Origin: a virus
Reading direction: 5' to 3' (one strand)
Length of the DNA stretch: 39,542 nucleotides
IMG/VR virus record: IMGVR_UViG_3300048915_000060
Under the pieces are notes generated by a model, which saw only the letters and a program-made list of their open reading frames with translations, made no database searches and was not told the DNA's origin. The position numbers were made by a program, and so were the translations under genes. Within the stretch, counting starts at the first letter, position 1. Every line of letters begins with the position of its first letter. Below are positions 22,022 through 29,928 of the stretch, in pieces.

Positions 22022-22666
22022 TCAGAATCTCCTTTTGATTTCAATCACATCAGCATCGTTCCACAATGGCGGAACGTTCTGTTTTGCGCTGTTCATACGC
22101 ATGAAGTAATGCCGGTAGTTCACCGACCACGCGCCGTCGCCGACAGACACCCCAATGACAGGCGCTGCGTTCCACCGGCTAGCCGACAGACTCAGATCCT
22201 GCGGCGGACCGCCAACCGACCAGCCGTACACCTGTTCGCTCCAGCTTGACCGGTAGACGTACGCACCGGCCTCCAGACCGTACCGCAAGCCGCCGTACCA
22301 CCTGTAAGGCTCGACAGTCAGCGAGACGCCCAGCGCGCGGCCTGAGCCTGTGAACAGCGCCGTATGGCGCGTGTTGTGCGCCGCGTAGTCGCTGTCCGAC
22401 GTATCGCACTGGCAGGAGGCTGAAGCGCGGCCCAGGTTCACGTAATCGAGATGCCAGTCCACGCCCCAGGCGCCGCGCGTGACGACCGGGCCTGTGATGC
22501 CTACCGAGTACTCCGGGGCGATAGTGGTAAGGCTATGGTCCATGCGCTGCTGGTACCAGCGCCCATCTTCAGTCTCGAATGATGTCAGGCCCGCTCCTGC
22601 CTCGTACGTGAACCACGAAGCGTGAGCCGCGAGCGGCAACGCGAGAAGCAGGAGTAAAGGTTTCAT
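22022..22666 (-). CDS. Secreted beta-barrel outer-membrane protein (Ail/Lom/OmpX-like topology)
   Basis: 214 aa. Signal peptide MKPLLLLLALPLAAHA|S. Alternating amphipathic strands rich in aromatic residues and Gly. The C-terminus ...VIEIKRRF ends in Phe, the typical OMP beta-signal. Confidence 0.6.
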   Translation of the reverse strand: MKPLLLLLALPLAAHASWFTYEAGAGLTSFETEDGRWYQQRMDHSLTTIAPEYSVGITGPVVTRGAWGVDWHLDYVNLGRASASCQCDTSDSDYAAHNTRHTALFTGSGRALGVSLTVEPYRWYGGLRYGLEAGAYVYRSSWSEQVYGWSVGGPPQDLSLSASRWNAAPVIGVSVGDGAWSVNYRHYFMRMNSAKQNVPPLWNDADVIEIKRRF

Positions 22667-22884
22667 TTCAGTTCCGGTTTATCGGAAAGTCCAAGCAGGA
22701 AATCGGCGGATACGTCCAGGGCTTTACAGAGTCGTATCAAGGTGGGCACTGCTATGCCGATAGCGCCAGATCTCCAGTTGCTGTAGGTAGAGCTGTTCAC
22801 GTCCACTTTGTCACAGACTTCATAATTCTTCATTCCTGCCCGGTTCTGTGCTTTGATCAGTCGTACCGCGAACGAGTCTTGCAT
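22663..22884 (-). CDS. XRE-family helix-turn-helix transcriptional regulator
   Basis: 73 aa from the ATG at 22884 (AAGGAG, 7 nt, ATG). AGMKNYEVCDKVDVNSSTYSNWRSG...LIRLCKALDVSADFLLGL is a canonical HTH_3/XRE fold pattern. Confidence 0.8.
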   Translation of the reverse strand: MQDSFAVRLIKAQNRAGMKNYEVCDKVDVNSSTYSNWRSGAIGIAVPTLIRLCKALDVSADFLLGLSDKPELK

Positions 22885-22990
22885 TTTCAATCTCCTTTAT
22901 CGCTTCAGTCAGAGTCTTGGCAATGTTAGGCATGCCACACTGATCGAAGTGAATTGATAGTTCCAGCAACCGCATAACAAGGGGCGTCAT
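22820..22990 (-). CDS. Possible 56-aa ORF overlapping the XRE gene start (uncertain)
   Basis: Hand-translated MTPLVMRLLELSIHFDQCGMPNIAKTLTEAIKEIEN.... ATGA-coupled to the upstream micro-ORF, but it runs 65 nt into the XRE gene out of frame. Confidence 0.2.
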   Translation of the reverse strand: MTPLVMRLLELSIHFDQCGMPNIAKTLTEAIKEIENARLVRGTTDQSTEPGRNEEL

Positions 22991-23124
22991 GACGACGCCA
23001 CTATCAGGCAGGAAAACGCACCTAAAACACCTATCACTATTGAGAGCATGTCGTGCCGGAAACAGCCGACCACTAACCCTGCGGTATTAACGCACGCCGC
23101 AGCACCCCATATAAAACGCGTCAT
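22987..23124 (-). CDS. Micro membrane peptide (45 aa, two hydrophobic segments)
   Basis: Hand-translated MTRFIWGAAACVNTAGLVVGCFRHDMLSIVIGVLGAFSCLIVASS. ATGA overlap with the upstream stop. Confidence 0.4.
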   Translation of the reverse strand: MTRFIWGAAACVNTAGLVVGCFRHDMLSIVIGVLGAFSCLIVASS

Positions 23125-23399
23125 TCTCCGCACTCCTTATACAGTTTGCAATTCGCGCAGTCTTCCGCCAGATCCCCGCGCCGCAGTTCAGGTAACGGTG
23201 CGTGGCGTTTGCGCTTGCCAATCGCTGCTGCCGCTTTCTCGATCCGGCCAGCCAGGCCGCTACTTGCGTTCCGGTTGTTCGGCGGATCGTAGGACAGCTG
23301 GTAGAGAAGGCTTAAAGACGTTTGCGCTTTCTCTGCCAGTTCCCGCTTTTCATCGATGGTGGATTCTTTCATCCACGTTTTGAACTTCTGGATTGTCAC
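23121..23399 (-). CDS. Putative Cro/YdaS-like DNA-binding protein
   Basis: 92 aa with a GTG start (TAGTG overlap). ELAEKAQTSLSLLYQLSYD...ASSGLAGRIEKA resembles Cro/YdaS-type HTH proteins. C-terminal CxxC. Confidence 0.4.
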   Translation of the reverse strand: MTIQKFKTWMKESTIDEKRELAEKAQTSLSLLYQLSYDPPNNRNASSGLAGRIEKAAAAIGKRKRHAPLPELRRGDLAEDCANCKLYKECGE

Positions 23400-23554
23400 T
23401 AAATCCCCCTGTCATCATAGTTGCTACGGTTACGTCGTTCGAATTTCCTGACCCACGCATCGCGCTCTTTCTTTAGCAGTACTTCACGCATCATCGCGAA
23501 GATGCACAGCAAACCGACTGCGGCGCATCCTACAATAAGAGATGTTTCGTCCAT
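23399..23554 (-). CDS. Small membrane protein (51 aa)
   Basis: The ATG lies 1 nt after the upstream stop. TM segment SLIVGCAAVGLLCIFAMM followed by a basic tail. Confidence 0.45.
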   Translation of the reverse strand: MDETSLIVGCAAVGLLCIFAMMREVLLKKERDAWVRKFERRNRSNYDDRGI

Positions 23555-23555
23555 G

Positions 23556-23840
23556 TCAGAAAACCCAGTTCGCCAAATCAACACAACCGTAGCCTTCAAG
23601 CGCAGCGCAGTAAAGCGTAACGCTTTCGTCGCCCTGCGCGCGCATCTTGCGCCGTACATCGCGTAGCGCCTTCTGCTGCTCGCTGACAACTTTAAGCGCT
23701 GCCTTCATTTCCGCGATTGTCTTTTGGAACTGTTCGAGAGGTTCAGGATCGGGATTTCCGACCAGCGATCCTTCCCATCCCTCCGCCTCTTGGATAGCCA
23801 GGTCTAGAAGTTTTTCCTGCCGAATCGTTAGGATTTTCAT
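23556..23840 (-). CDS. Early protein (94 aa), first gene after promoter P4
   Basis: ATG at 23840 with GGAGAACGAC upstream (MKILTIRQEKLLDLAIQEAEGWEG...). The longer 155-aa ORF in the track crosses the promoter. Confidence 0.55.
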   Translation of the reverse strand: MKILTIRQEKLLDLAIQEAEGWEGSLVGNPDPEPLEQFQKTIAEMKAALKVVSEQQKALRDVRRKMRAQGDESVTLYCAALEGYGCVDLANWVF

Positions 23841-23863
23841 GTCGTTCTCCTGTGTTGATGTAC

Positions 23864-23883
23864 GAACTATAGCAAATGCAAAA
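23864..23883 (-). promoter_or_regulatory. Phage promoter cassette P4 (extended -10)
   Basis: The minus strand reads TTTTGCATTTGCTATAGTTC. The motif start is 43 nt from the ATG at 23840. Confidence 0.6.
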
Positions 23884-23907
23884 CGCTGACGCAAGTGCAA
23901 AATTAGC

Positions 23908-23936
23908 TTGACAGCGAAATTTTCCGCCGCTAAATT
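23908..23936 (+). promoter_or_regulatory. Sigma70-type promoter for the rightward replication operon
   Basis: TTGACA (23908-23913), 17 nt, TAAATT (23931-23936). It lies 32 nt upstream of the ATG at 23969, which has an AAAGGAG RBS. Confidence 0.55.
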
Positions 23937-23968
23937 ACGAACCGCAGTCACCCACAAAGGAGATACAA

Positions 23969-24403
23969 ATGTCATTGGAAGCAAAGATCGAACTGCTGAC
24001 AGCAGCAGTCGTAGAACTGACACGCTCTTTCAATGAGCGCCAGATTCCGCTTGCACAGACGCTGGACGAAACGCCCCCCGAGGCTTTTGTTGCGGAGGCA
24101 ATTGCCTTGCAGCAGGTTGTGGCGCGTGAGCATGCCTGGAAACAAGTCCCAAACGCCGAGACGAAACCCTCGCCCACTACCGACATTTCGCCGCCTTCCT
24201 CGCAAGCATCGGTGACTTACGATGACGTGAAGAACGTCACGATTGCCGTGAGCAAGATGGACAAGTCGAAAGCTGTCGCCGGCCTCGCGCGGTTCGGTGT
24301 CACGACTGCCAAGGCTCTGAACGAGAGCCAGTGGTCTGACTACGTGGCCTACATGAAGCGTGTCGCGGCGGGTGAAGTCGACCCGGAGGCTTCGCATGGA
24401 TAA
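23969..24403 (+). CDS. Hypothetical protein (144 aa)
   Basis: AAAGGAGATACAA-ATG. Helical N-domain, Pro/Ser-rich linker and a C-terminal domain. Confidence 0.6.
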   Translation: MSLEAKIELLTAAVVELTRSFNERQIPLAQTLDETPPEAFVAEAIALQQVVAREHAWKQVPNAETKPSPTTDISPPSSQASVTYDDVKNVTIAVSKMDKSKAVAGLARFGVTTAKALNESQWSDYVAYMKRVAAGEVDPEASHG

Positions 24404-24689
24404 GTTGCCTGATGGTTCGGGATTCTTCACGGCCTCCTTGCCGCTTCCGAAAGAGCACTGGCTTTACGCGCCGCGCTGTTCGGAGTGGGACGAAAAGCGC
24501 GACACCACAGCGGACACACCCCATCCGATTTTGACCCATGCACAAAGAGAATCCGTCGTTGCCGCTGTACGTTACGCAATTCGCGGAGCAACGATGTGCG
24601 GGCAAGATCCAGACTTTGACCCCGATGCGCTTGTTCAAAACGCAGTTGTTGCACTCTGCGGACCGTACGGAGGGATTACAGATGAGTGA
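24396..24689 (+). CDS. Hypothetical protein (97 aa)
   Basis: The ATG at 24396 overlaps the upstream gene by 8 nt (MDKLPDGSGFFTASLPLPKEHW...). Confidence 0.5.
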   Translation: MDKLPDGSGFFTASLPLPKEHWLYAPRCSEWDEKRDTTADTPHPILTHAQRESVVAAVRYAIRGATMCGQDPDFDPDALVQNAVVALCGPYGGITDE

Positions 24690-25914
24690 CGAATACCACG
24701 CGCTAGCGAGCCCGTCATCATCAGCCAAGTGGCTGAACTGCGCTAACTCGCTGGCCATGGAAATCGGGCAGCCGGACGGCGATTCGAAAGCCGCTGACCT
24801 GGGTACGGACAAACACGAACTTCTGGCTCTCTGTCTGGAGTTCGCACGCAACGCGATGGACTATGAAGGCCATATCCCGAAGAAAGGACACACGGTCAAC
24901 AAGGAGCTAGCAACCGATGTTCAAACTGTTCTGGATAGCGTGCGTGAGCGGATACGTGCTTATGAACTGCGCGGGGCTACTGTCGCTGTTGACGTTGAAC
25001 AGGACGTACCCGTGGATCACATCACTGGTGAGGATAATGCGACGGGCCGTGTTGATATCGTCCTGCGTGTTATCTGGCCTGATGGTGCGACAGATGCTGA
25101 TGTGATCGACGCGAAGTTCGGCTATACGGAAGTGCTCGCCGAAGGTAACACGCAGGGCCTGATGTACATGTCAGGAGTCATCGAGAAATTCTCACTGGTC
25201 GATGAGTTCCGCAACATCAGCTTCGTGATCGAACAGCCGCTACGCACGAACAGCGAATGGCAGGTAACGCCAGCGATTGTGAATGAGTGGGTAGAGTGGG
25301 CTTCACCGCGCGCCGCGAAGGCAATCCTGATTCACAAGATGGCAGGTGAGCGCGCGCTGAAGGAAGAGGATTTCTCGCCGGCGGAGAAGACCTGCCAGTG
25401 GTGCAAGGCAAAAGCGGTTTGTCCTGCGCTGCGCAACGTGGTTGAGGAAGCGATTGAGGAATCTTTCGACACTTTTTCGGCACCGCATGTCAGCGCCCAG
25501 ATAATTCCTGTCGAAAAACTGGGAGAGAAATTCGAGCAACTAGAACTGCTCGAAGACTGGATCAAAGCCGTTCGCGCACGCATCGAGTATGAGGTGTTCG
25601 CGGGCAACACCGTACCGGGCGTGAAGGTTGTAGCAGGCAAGCGCGGTAACCGGGCATGGTCTTCGGATGAGGAAGCGGAAGCCCTCATGAAGAAGTTCAA
25701 GATGAAGCAGGACGAGATGTACTCGTTCAAGCTGCTTGGACCGAAACCGATTCTGGATGCGCTGAAGGACCAGCCGCGACGCCTGAAGCAGATCGAACAA
25801 CTGGTCGTACAAGCCGAAGGTAAGCCGCACGTGGTCCACGAATCGGATAAGCGGCCTGCGATTGAAATTAAACCTGTCGAAGACGGTTTCGACACTGTAG
25901 ACGAACTTTGTTAA
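24682..25914 (+). CDS. PD-(D/E)XK nuclease, DUF2800/Cas4-like
   Basis: 410 aa from the ATG at 24682. ALASPSSSAKWLNCANS...DLGTDKHE...DVIDAKFGY plus the C-terminal Cys cluster CQWCKAKAVCPA fit the DUF2800/RecB-Cas4 pattern. A DUF2815-type SSB follows it. Confidence 0.7.
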   Translation: MSDEYHALASPSSSAKWLNCANSLAMEIGQPDGDSKAADLGTDKHELLALCLEFARNAMDYEGHIPKKGHTVNKELATDVQTVLDSVRERIRAYELRGATVAVDVEQDVPVDHITGEDNATGRVDIVLRVIWPDGATDADVIDAKFGYTEVLAEGNTQGLMYMSGVIEKFSLVDEFRNISFVIEQPLRTNSEWQVTPAIVNEWVEWASPRAAKAILIHKMAGERALKEEDFSPAEKTCQWCKAKAVCPALRNVVEEAIEESFDTFSAPHVSAQIIPVEKLGEKFEQLELLEDWIKAVRARIEYEVFAGNTVPGVKVVAGKRGNRAWSSDEEAEALMKKFKMKQDEMYSFKLLGPKPILDALKDQPRRLKQIEQLVVQAEGKPHVVHESDKRPAIEIKPVEDGFDTVDELC

Positions 25915-25926
25915 GGAGATTCACAA

Positions 25927-26514
25927 ATGGGTACTATCGTTCAACTGAAACACGTACGTATCGCGTTCATTGATGAACTGTTCGAACCGGGCCAGTACGA
26001 AGGTAAGGGTGATTTCCGCCACACGGCCACGTTCATCGTAGAACCGGGCTCGGCTAACGACAAGGCAATCCAGGCCGCGATTCAGGCAGAGGCAGTAGCC
26101 GCATGGGGCAAGAAGGCAGACACGATGCTCGAAGACTTGCGCGGCGACAAGAAAGCCTATTCGTACCAAAAGAACAAGAAAGACAAGACGGGCGAAGTGT
26201 ACGAGGGCTTTGAAGACCGCTACGCGCTGTCGGGCGTGCGCAAGGCGAAGGACGGTGCGCCGCTGTTCCTGCACAACGTGAAGGACCCGGCCACGGGTAA
26301 GGCGCAACGCCTCACCGGCAAGGAAGGCGTGATCTACGCGGGATGCTATGTGAACGCGAAGGTAGAAATGTGGGCCCAGGCAGGCACGTATCGCGGTATG
26401 CGTTGCGGTCTGCTTGGCGTCCAGTACGACGCCCCTGGTGACTCGTTCGGCGGCGCATCGCGGCCCTCGGATGACGGTTTCGATTCCGTGGACGCTGAAG
26501 ACGATCTGGCGTAA
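25927..26514 (+). CDS. ssDNA-binding protein, DUF2815-type
   Basis: 195 aa with a TAAGGAG RBS. The N-terminus VQLKHVRIAFIDELFEP and the acidic C-terminal tail DSVDAEDDLA are typical of this phage SSB family. Confidence 0.65.
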   Translation: MGTIVQLKHVRIAFIDELFEPGQYEGKGDFRHTATFIVEPGSANDKAIQAAIQAEAVAAWGKKADTMLEDLRGDKKAYSYQKNKKDKTGEVYEGFEDRYALSGVRKAKDGAPLFLHNVKDPATGKAQRLTGKEGVIYAGCYVNAKVEMWAQAGTYRGMRCGLLGVQYDAPGDSFGGASRPSDDGFDSVDAEDDLA

Positions 26515-26568
26515 GCACTACCCGTCGCCGGCTACGGGAACCAGAAAGCCGGCACAAAGGAGATAAGA

Positions 26569-27087
26569 ATGAAATTCGCTTACGCTGATCCGCCTTACTA
26601 CGGATGCTCCGTGCGCCTGTACGGCGATCATCCTGAAGCACACGTCTATGACAGTCTTGACGGTCATCGGTTGCTTATTGAACGGCTTCAGGACGAATTT
26701 CCGGACGGCTGGGCGCTATCCATGACAAGCGGAAACCTGCACGATATATTGCCGCTTTGCCCAAAAGCGTCGCGCGTTATGGCATGGACAAAACCTTTCG
26801 CCATTTTTAAACCAAACGTCGGTCTTGCGTACGCATGGGAGCCTGTAGTGTTCTGGGGCGGGCGCAAGATACGCCGGGATCAGCCGACCGTGCGCGACTG
26901 GTGCGCGGTCAACATCACGTTGAAAAAAGGTCTGACTGGCGCCAAACCCAAAGGCTTTTGTGACTGGCTATTCGACGCCTTCAATACCGAAGCGGGCGAT
27001 GAATTACATGACCTGTTCCCCGGCAGCGGTGCGGTGACCCGCGCATGGGAAGAATACCGCGCCGCGCGCGGATGGGATCTCGTATGA
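26569..27087 (+). CDS. DNA methyltransferase (beta-class N6-A/N4-C type)
   Basis: 172 aa. N-terminal catalytic motif IV YADPPYY and C-terminal AdoMet motif I DLFPGSGAV give the permuted beta-class order. It is short for the family. Confidence 0.6.
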   Translation: MKFAYADPPYYGCSVRLYGDHPEAHVYDSLDGHRLLIERLQDEFPDGWALSMTSGNLHDILPLCPKASRVMAWTKPFAIFKPNVGLAYAWEPVVFWGGRKIRRDQPTVRDWCAVNITLKKGLTGAKPKGFCDWLFDAFNTEAGDELHDLFPGSGAVTRAWEEYRAARGWDLV

Positions 27088-29153
27088 AACTCTGGTGGGA
27101 TTTGGAAACCTACAGCGAAACCCCAATCAACGACGGCGCGCACCGATACGCGGAGAACGCGGAGGTATTGTTGTTCGCGTGGGCGGTTGACGACGGGCCG
27201 GTTCAGTGCTGGGATGCCACGCGTACGGATTTTCCGTCCGGGTTACCTGTCGGCCTGCTTGACGTAATAAAAGGTGCGGACGAATACTGGGGCCACAATT
27301 CGGGTGGCTTCGATCGCGTTGTTATGAAGCGCGCTTTGCCAGAAGTGGCGAAGCACATGCCCGAGTCCCAGCACAGAGACACGATGGTGCAGGCACTCTG
27401 CCACGGGCTGCCCGGTTCGCTGTCCGCGCTTTGCGATATCTTCCGCCTCGATAGCGATGTGGCGAAGAGCAAACGCGGCAAGCAACTGATTCGCATGTTC
27501 TGCATGCCGCAGCCCGCTAACCAGAAACTGCGCCGCAAGACCCGCGAAACGCACCCGGCAGAGTGGGCGGAGTTCATCGAGTACGCGAAGTCGGACATTA
27601 CGTCCATGCGCATCCTGCACCAGAAGATGCCGAAGTGGAATTACCCGAATCACGAATTCGAATTGCGACTCTGGCAATTGGATCAGCGAATCAATAACGA
27701 GGGGATTTATGTCGATCTTGAACTATCTGAGAAAGCCGTCGAGGCGGTCAACGTTGCGCAAGCCGGCCTTGCAAGCGATGTTAGCGAAGCAACACTGGGA
27801 GCAGTTACATCCGCGACGCAGCGAGACAAATTGCTTGAGCACATCCTCAAGGAACACGGAGTATCCCTACCCGATATGCGCGGTGATACTCTTGAGCGCC
27901 GTTTGCTTGATCCTTCTTTGCCCGATGGGGTCCGGGAACTGATCGGGATACGCCTGATGGCGTCCACGTCGTCTGTCAGCAAGTACAAACGCGTGATGCG
28001 CTGCACGTCGTCGGACGGCTATCTGCGAGGCGTTATCCAGTTCTCAGGAGCGGGGCGCACGGGCCGCGATGCAGGGCGCCTGTTCCAGCCGCAGAACCTG
28101 ATGCGTCCGACGCTCGAAGCGGATGAAATCGATACGGGTATCGAGGCTATCAAGGCGGGGTGCGCGGATCTCATCACGGATAACGTGATGGAGTTGTGCG
28201 CCAATGCAATGCGTGGCGTCATCATCGCGCCGCCGAAGTCGAAGATCGTCGTTGCCGACCTGTCGAACATTGAAGGGCGCGTACTCGCATGGCTGGCCGG
28301 CGAAGAGTGGAAGCTACAGGCGTTCCGGGAGCTGGATAAGAACGGAGGCCCTGATCTTTATGAGATTGGTTACGGATCAACGTTTGGCGTTGACCCTGCC
28401 GAAGTCGAGAAATGGCAACGCCAGATAGGCAAGGTGATCGAACTTTTCCTTGGTTTTGAGGGCGGTGTTGGTGCGTTCATCACAGGAGCCGCGACTTATG
28501 GAATCGACCTGGACGCGATGAAAGCGGAGGTGCCGGACGACGTGTGGAGCGAGGCGGAGAAGTTTTATACGTGGGCGGCAGACACAAAGCGTCCGACATT
28601 CGGCCTGAAGCCTGAAACGTTCATGATGTGCGACTCGATAAAGCGCCTGTGGCGTCGCGCTAACAACCGGATTTCTGGCTATTGGCCAGAAGTGAAAGAC
28701 TGCGCTATAGCCGCCGTAGAAAACGAGGGCGTAGCAATTCAGTGCCGCAAAGTAACCATGATCCGCAAAGGAAACTGGTTGCGTATCGTCCTGCCATCGG
28801 GTCGCGCATTGTCGTACCCCGCGCCACGAGTCGAAGACGGCAAACTGTCTTACATGGGCATGAATCAGTACTCGCGAAAGTGGCAAAGGCTGACCACATA
28901 CGGCGGAAAACTGGTCGAGAACATGACGCAGGCAGTAGCGCGCGACGTGTTCAAATTCTGCTATCCGGTAGCGTTGGCAGCAGGTTACAGCATCCGTCTT
29001 CCGATTCACGATGAACTGATTACGTACGCACCAGATGGCGAACTGTATAACGCGAAGCACCTGTCGCAACTGATGGCAACAAACCCCGGATGGGCGCAAG
29101 GTCTGCCGTTAGCCGCTGCCGGATTCGAAGCGTACCGCTATAGAAAGGGTTGA
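27084..29153 (+). CDS. DNA polymerase, family A, with 3'-5' exonuclease domain
   Basis: 689 aa (ATGA overlap). Exo I WWDLETYS and Exo II HNSGGFD. Pol motif A VVADLSNIEGRVLA, motif B RQIGKVIELFLGFEGG and motif C LPIHDELI. Confidence 0.9.
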   Translation: MKLWWDLETYSETPINDGAHRYAENAEVLLFAWAVDDGPVQCWDATRTDFPSGLPVGLLDVIKGADEYWGHNSGGFDRVVMKRALPEVAKHMPESQHRDTMVQALCHGLPGSLSALCDIFRLDSDVAKSKRGKQLIRMFCMPQPANQKLRRKTRETHPAEWAEFIEYAKSDITSMRILHQKMPKWNYPNHEFELRLWQLDQRINNEGIYVDLELSEKAVEAVNVAQAGLASDVSEATLGAVTSATQRDKLLEHILKEHGVSLPDMRGDTLERRLLDPSLPDGVRELIGIRLMASTSSVSKYKRVMRCTSSDGYLRGVIQFSGAGRTGRDAGRLFQPQNLMRPTLEADEIDTGIEAIKAGCADLITDNVMELCANAMRGVIIAPPKSKIVVADLSNIEGRVLAWLAGEEWKLQAFRELDKNGGPDLYEIGYGSTFGVDPAEVEKWQRQIGKVIELFLGFEGGVGAFITGAATYGIDLDAMKAEVPDDVWSEAEKFYTWAADTKRPTFGLKPETFMMCDSIKRLWRRANNRISGYWPEVKDCAIAAVENEGVAIQCRKVTMIRKGNWLRIVLPSGRALSYPAPRVEDGKLSYMGMNQYSRKWQRLTTYGGKLVENMTQAVARDVFKFCYPVALAAGYSIRLPIHDELITYAPDGELYNAKHLSQLMATNPGWAQGLPLAAAGFEAYRYRKG

Positions 29154-29160
29154 TTTCCTG

Positions 29161-29180
29161 TTTTGCATTTGCTATAGTGG
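29161..29180 (+). promoter_or_regulatory. Phage promoter cassette P2 (extended -10)
   Basis: TTTTGCATTTGCTATAGTGG begins 8 nt after the polymerase stop. The motif start is 43 nt from the ATG at 29204. Confidence 0.6.
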
Positions 29181-29203
29181 ACTCAACAACACAGGAGAAC
29201 ATC

Positions 29204-29380
29204 ATGTTAGACGAAGAGTACAAGCCCTATCGCCCCGTTCCCCGGACTATCCAACAAGCCTTTGGCCCTTATCATCGTTCTGACATCGCGCACTGCCGCA
29301 AGCATGAACGGCTAGTCGCGATTGTTGGCACGCTCGTAGCGGGCGTGGTTCTCGGTTTGCTGTTTGGGTGGAGGGGATAA
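29204..29380 (+). CDS. Small membrane protein (58 aa, C-terminal TM)
   Basis: CAGGAGAACATC-ATG (MLDEEYKPYRPV...). TM segment LVAIVGTLVAGVVLGLLFGW. Confidence 0.5.
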   Translation: MLDEEYKPYRPVPRTIQQAFGPYHRSDIAHCRKHERLVAIVGTLVAGVVLGLLFGWRG

Positions 29381-29382
29381 TA

Positions 29383-29580
29383 ATGGGATGGGAATGGTCT
29401 TACTGCCGGGGCTGCGACAGGGGCTTGCCGCGCGCAACCATGCGCGAGGTTCTAGACGGAACGCAGTACTGCGCGGACGGTCACGACAACAAGCCAAACG
29501 TCACTAAGAACGATCTGTTGGTCGAACTGTTCGAACGCGTTGAAGAACTTGAACGGAAGCTGGAGAACCACCTTGCGTGA
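29383..29580 (+). CDS. Small zinc-ribbon-like protein (65 aa)
   Basis: The ATG lies 2 nt after the previous stop. CRGCD...YCADGH, followed by a coiled-coil tail. Confidence 0.45.
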   Translation: MGWEWSYCRGCDRGLPRATMREVLDGTQYCADGHDNKPNVTKNDLLVELFERVEELERKLENHLA

Positions 29581-29845
29581 ACGCGATATCGAAGCCTACT
29601 TTGTGAAGCGTGTCAAGGAAGCGGGCGGGCTTCAGCGAAAGTTCGTCAGCCCCGGCCATCGGGGCGTACCCGACCGGATTGCTGTTTTTAAGGGCCGCGT
29701 ACATTTTGTAGAGTTAAAAGCACCGGGCGAAAAACTTCGAACGGATCAGATTAGAGAACACGGACGCTTGGAAAGAGCGGGCTGTTTCCCTTGGACCATC
29801 GACTCTTATGATGGAGTCGATCTATTTATCTCACAGGTGGCGTAA
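29573..29845 (+). CDS. VRR-NUC domain nuclease
   Basis: 90 aa from the TTG at 29573 (GGAG, 7 nt, TTG). ERDIEAYFVKRVKEAGG...GVPDRIAVF...FVELKAPGEKLRTDQ...LERAG is the VRR-NUC PD-(D/E)XK pattern. Confidence 0.75.
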   Translation: MRERDIEAYFVKRVKEAGGLQRKFVSPGHRGVPDRIAVFKGRVHFVELKAPGEKLRTDQIREHGRLERAGCFPWTIDSYDGVDLFISQVA

Positions 29846-29928
29846 TGAGCATCTGGACTATTGCGGTTCTGGTTTGGGGCGTGATTTGCGCAGCGGCAAT
29901 CGGGCTTGTGATTGGCGGGAGCAAATGA
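29845..29928 (+). CDS. Micro membrane peptide (27 aa)
   Basis: Hand-translated MSIWTIAVLVWGVICAAAIGLVIGGSK. TAATG overlap upstream and ATGA overlap downstream, so it exactly fills the gap between the VRR-NUC and SNF2 genes. Confidence 0.35.
   Translation: MSIWTIAVLVWGVICAAAIGLVIGGSK

Noticed and set aside
22820-22990. 56-aa ORF coupled to the upstream micro-ORF.
   Set aside because: It is kept only as a very low-confidence feature. It overlaps the well-supported XRE gene and its RBS by about 65 nt out of frame, and it has lower-GC third positions. It may be a translational-coupling remnant.
26515-26568. Terminator after the SSB gene (CCCGT..ACGGG and GCCGGC..GCCGGC hairpins).
   Set aside because: The stems are short, the loops are long (8-15 nt) and no T-run follows. 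A strong RBS for the next gene comes immediately after, so read-through is more likely.
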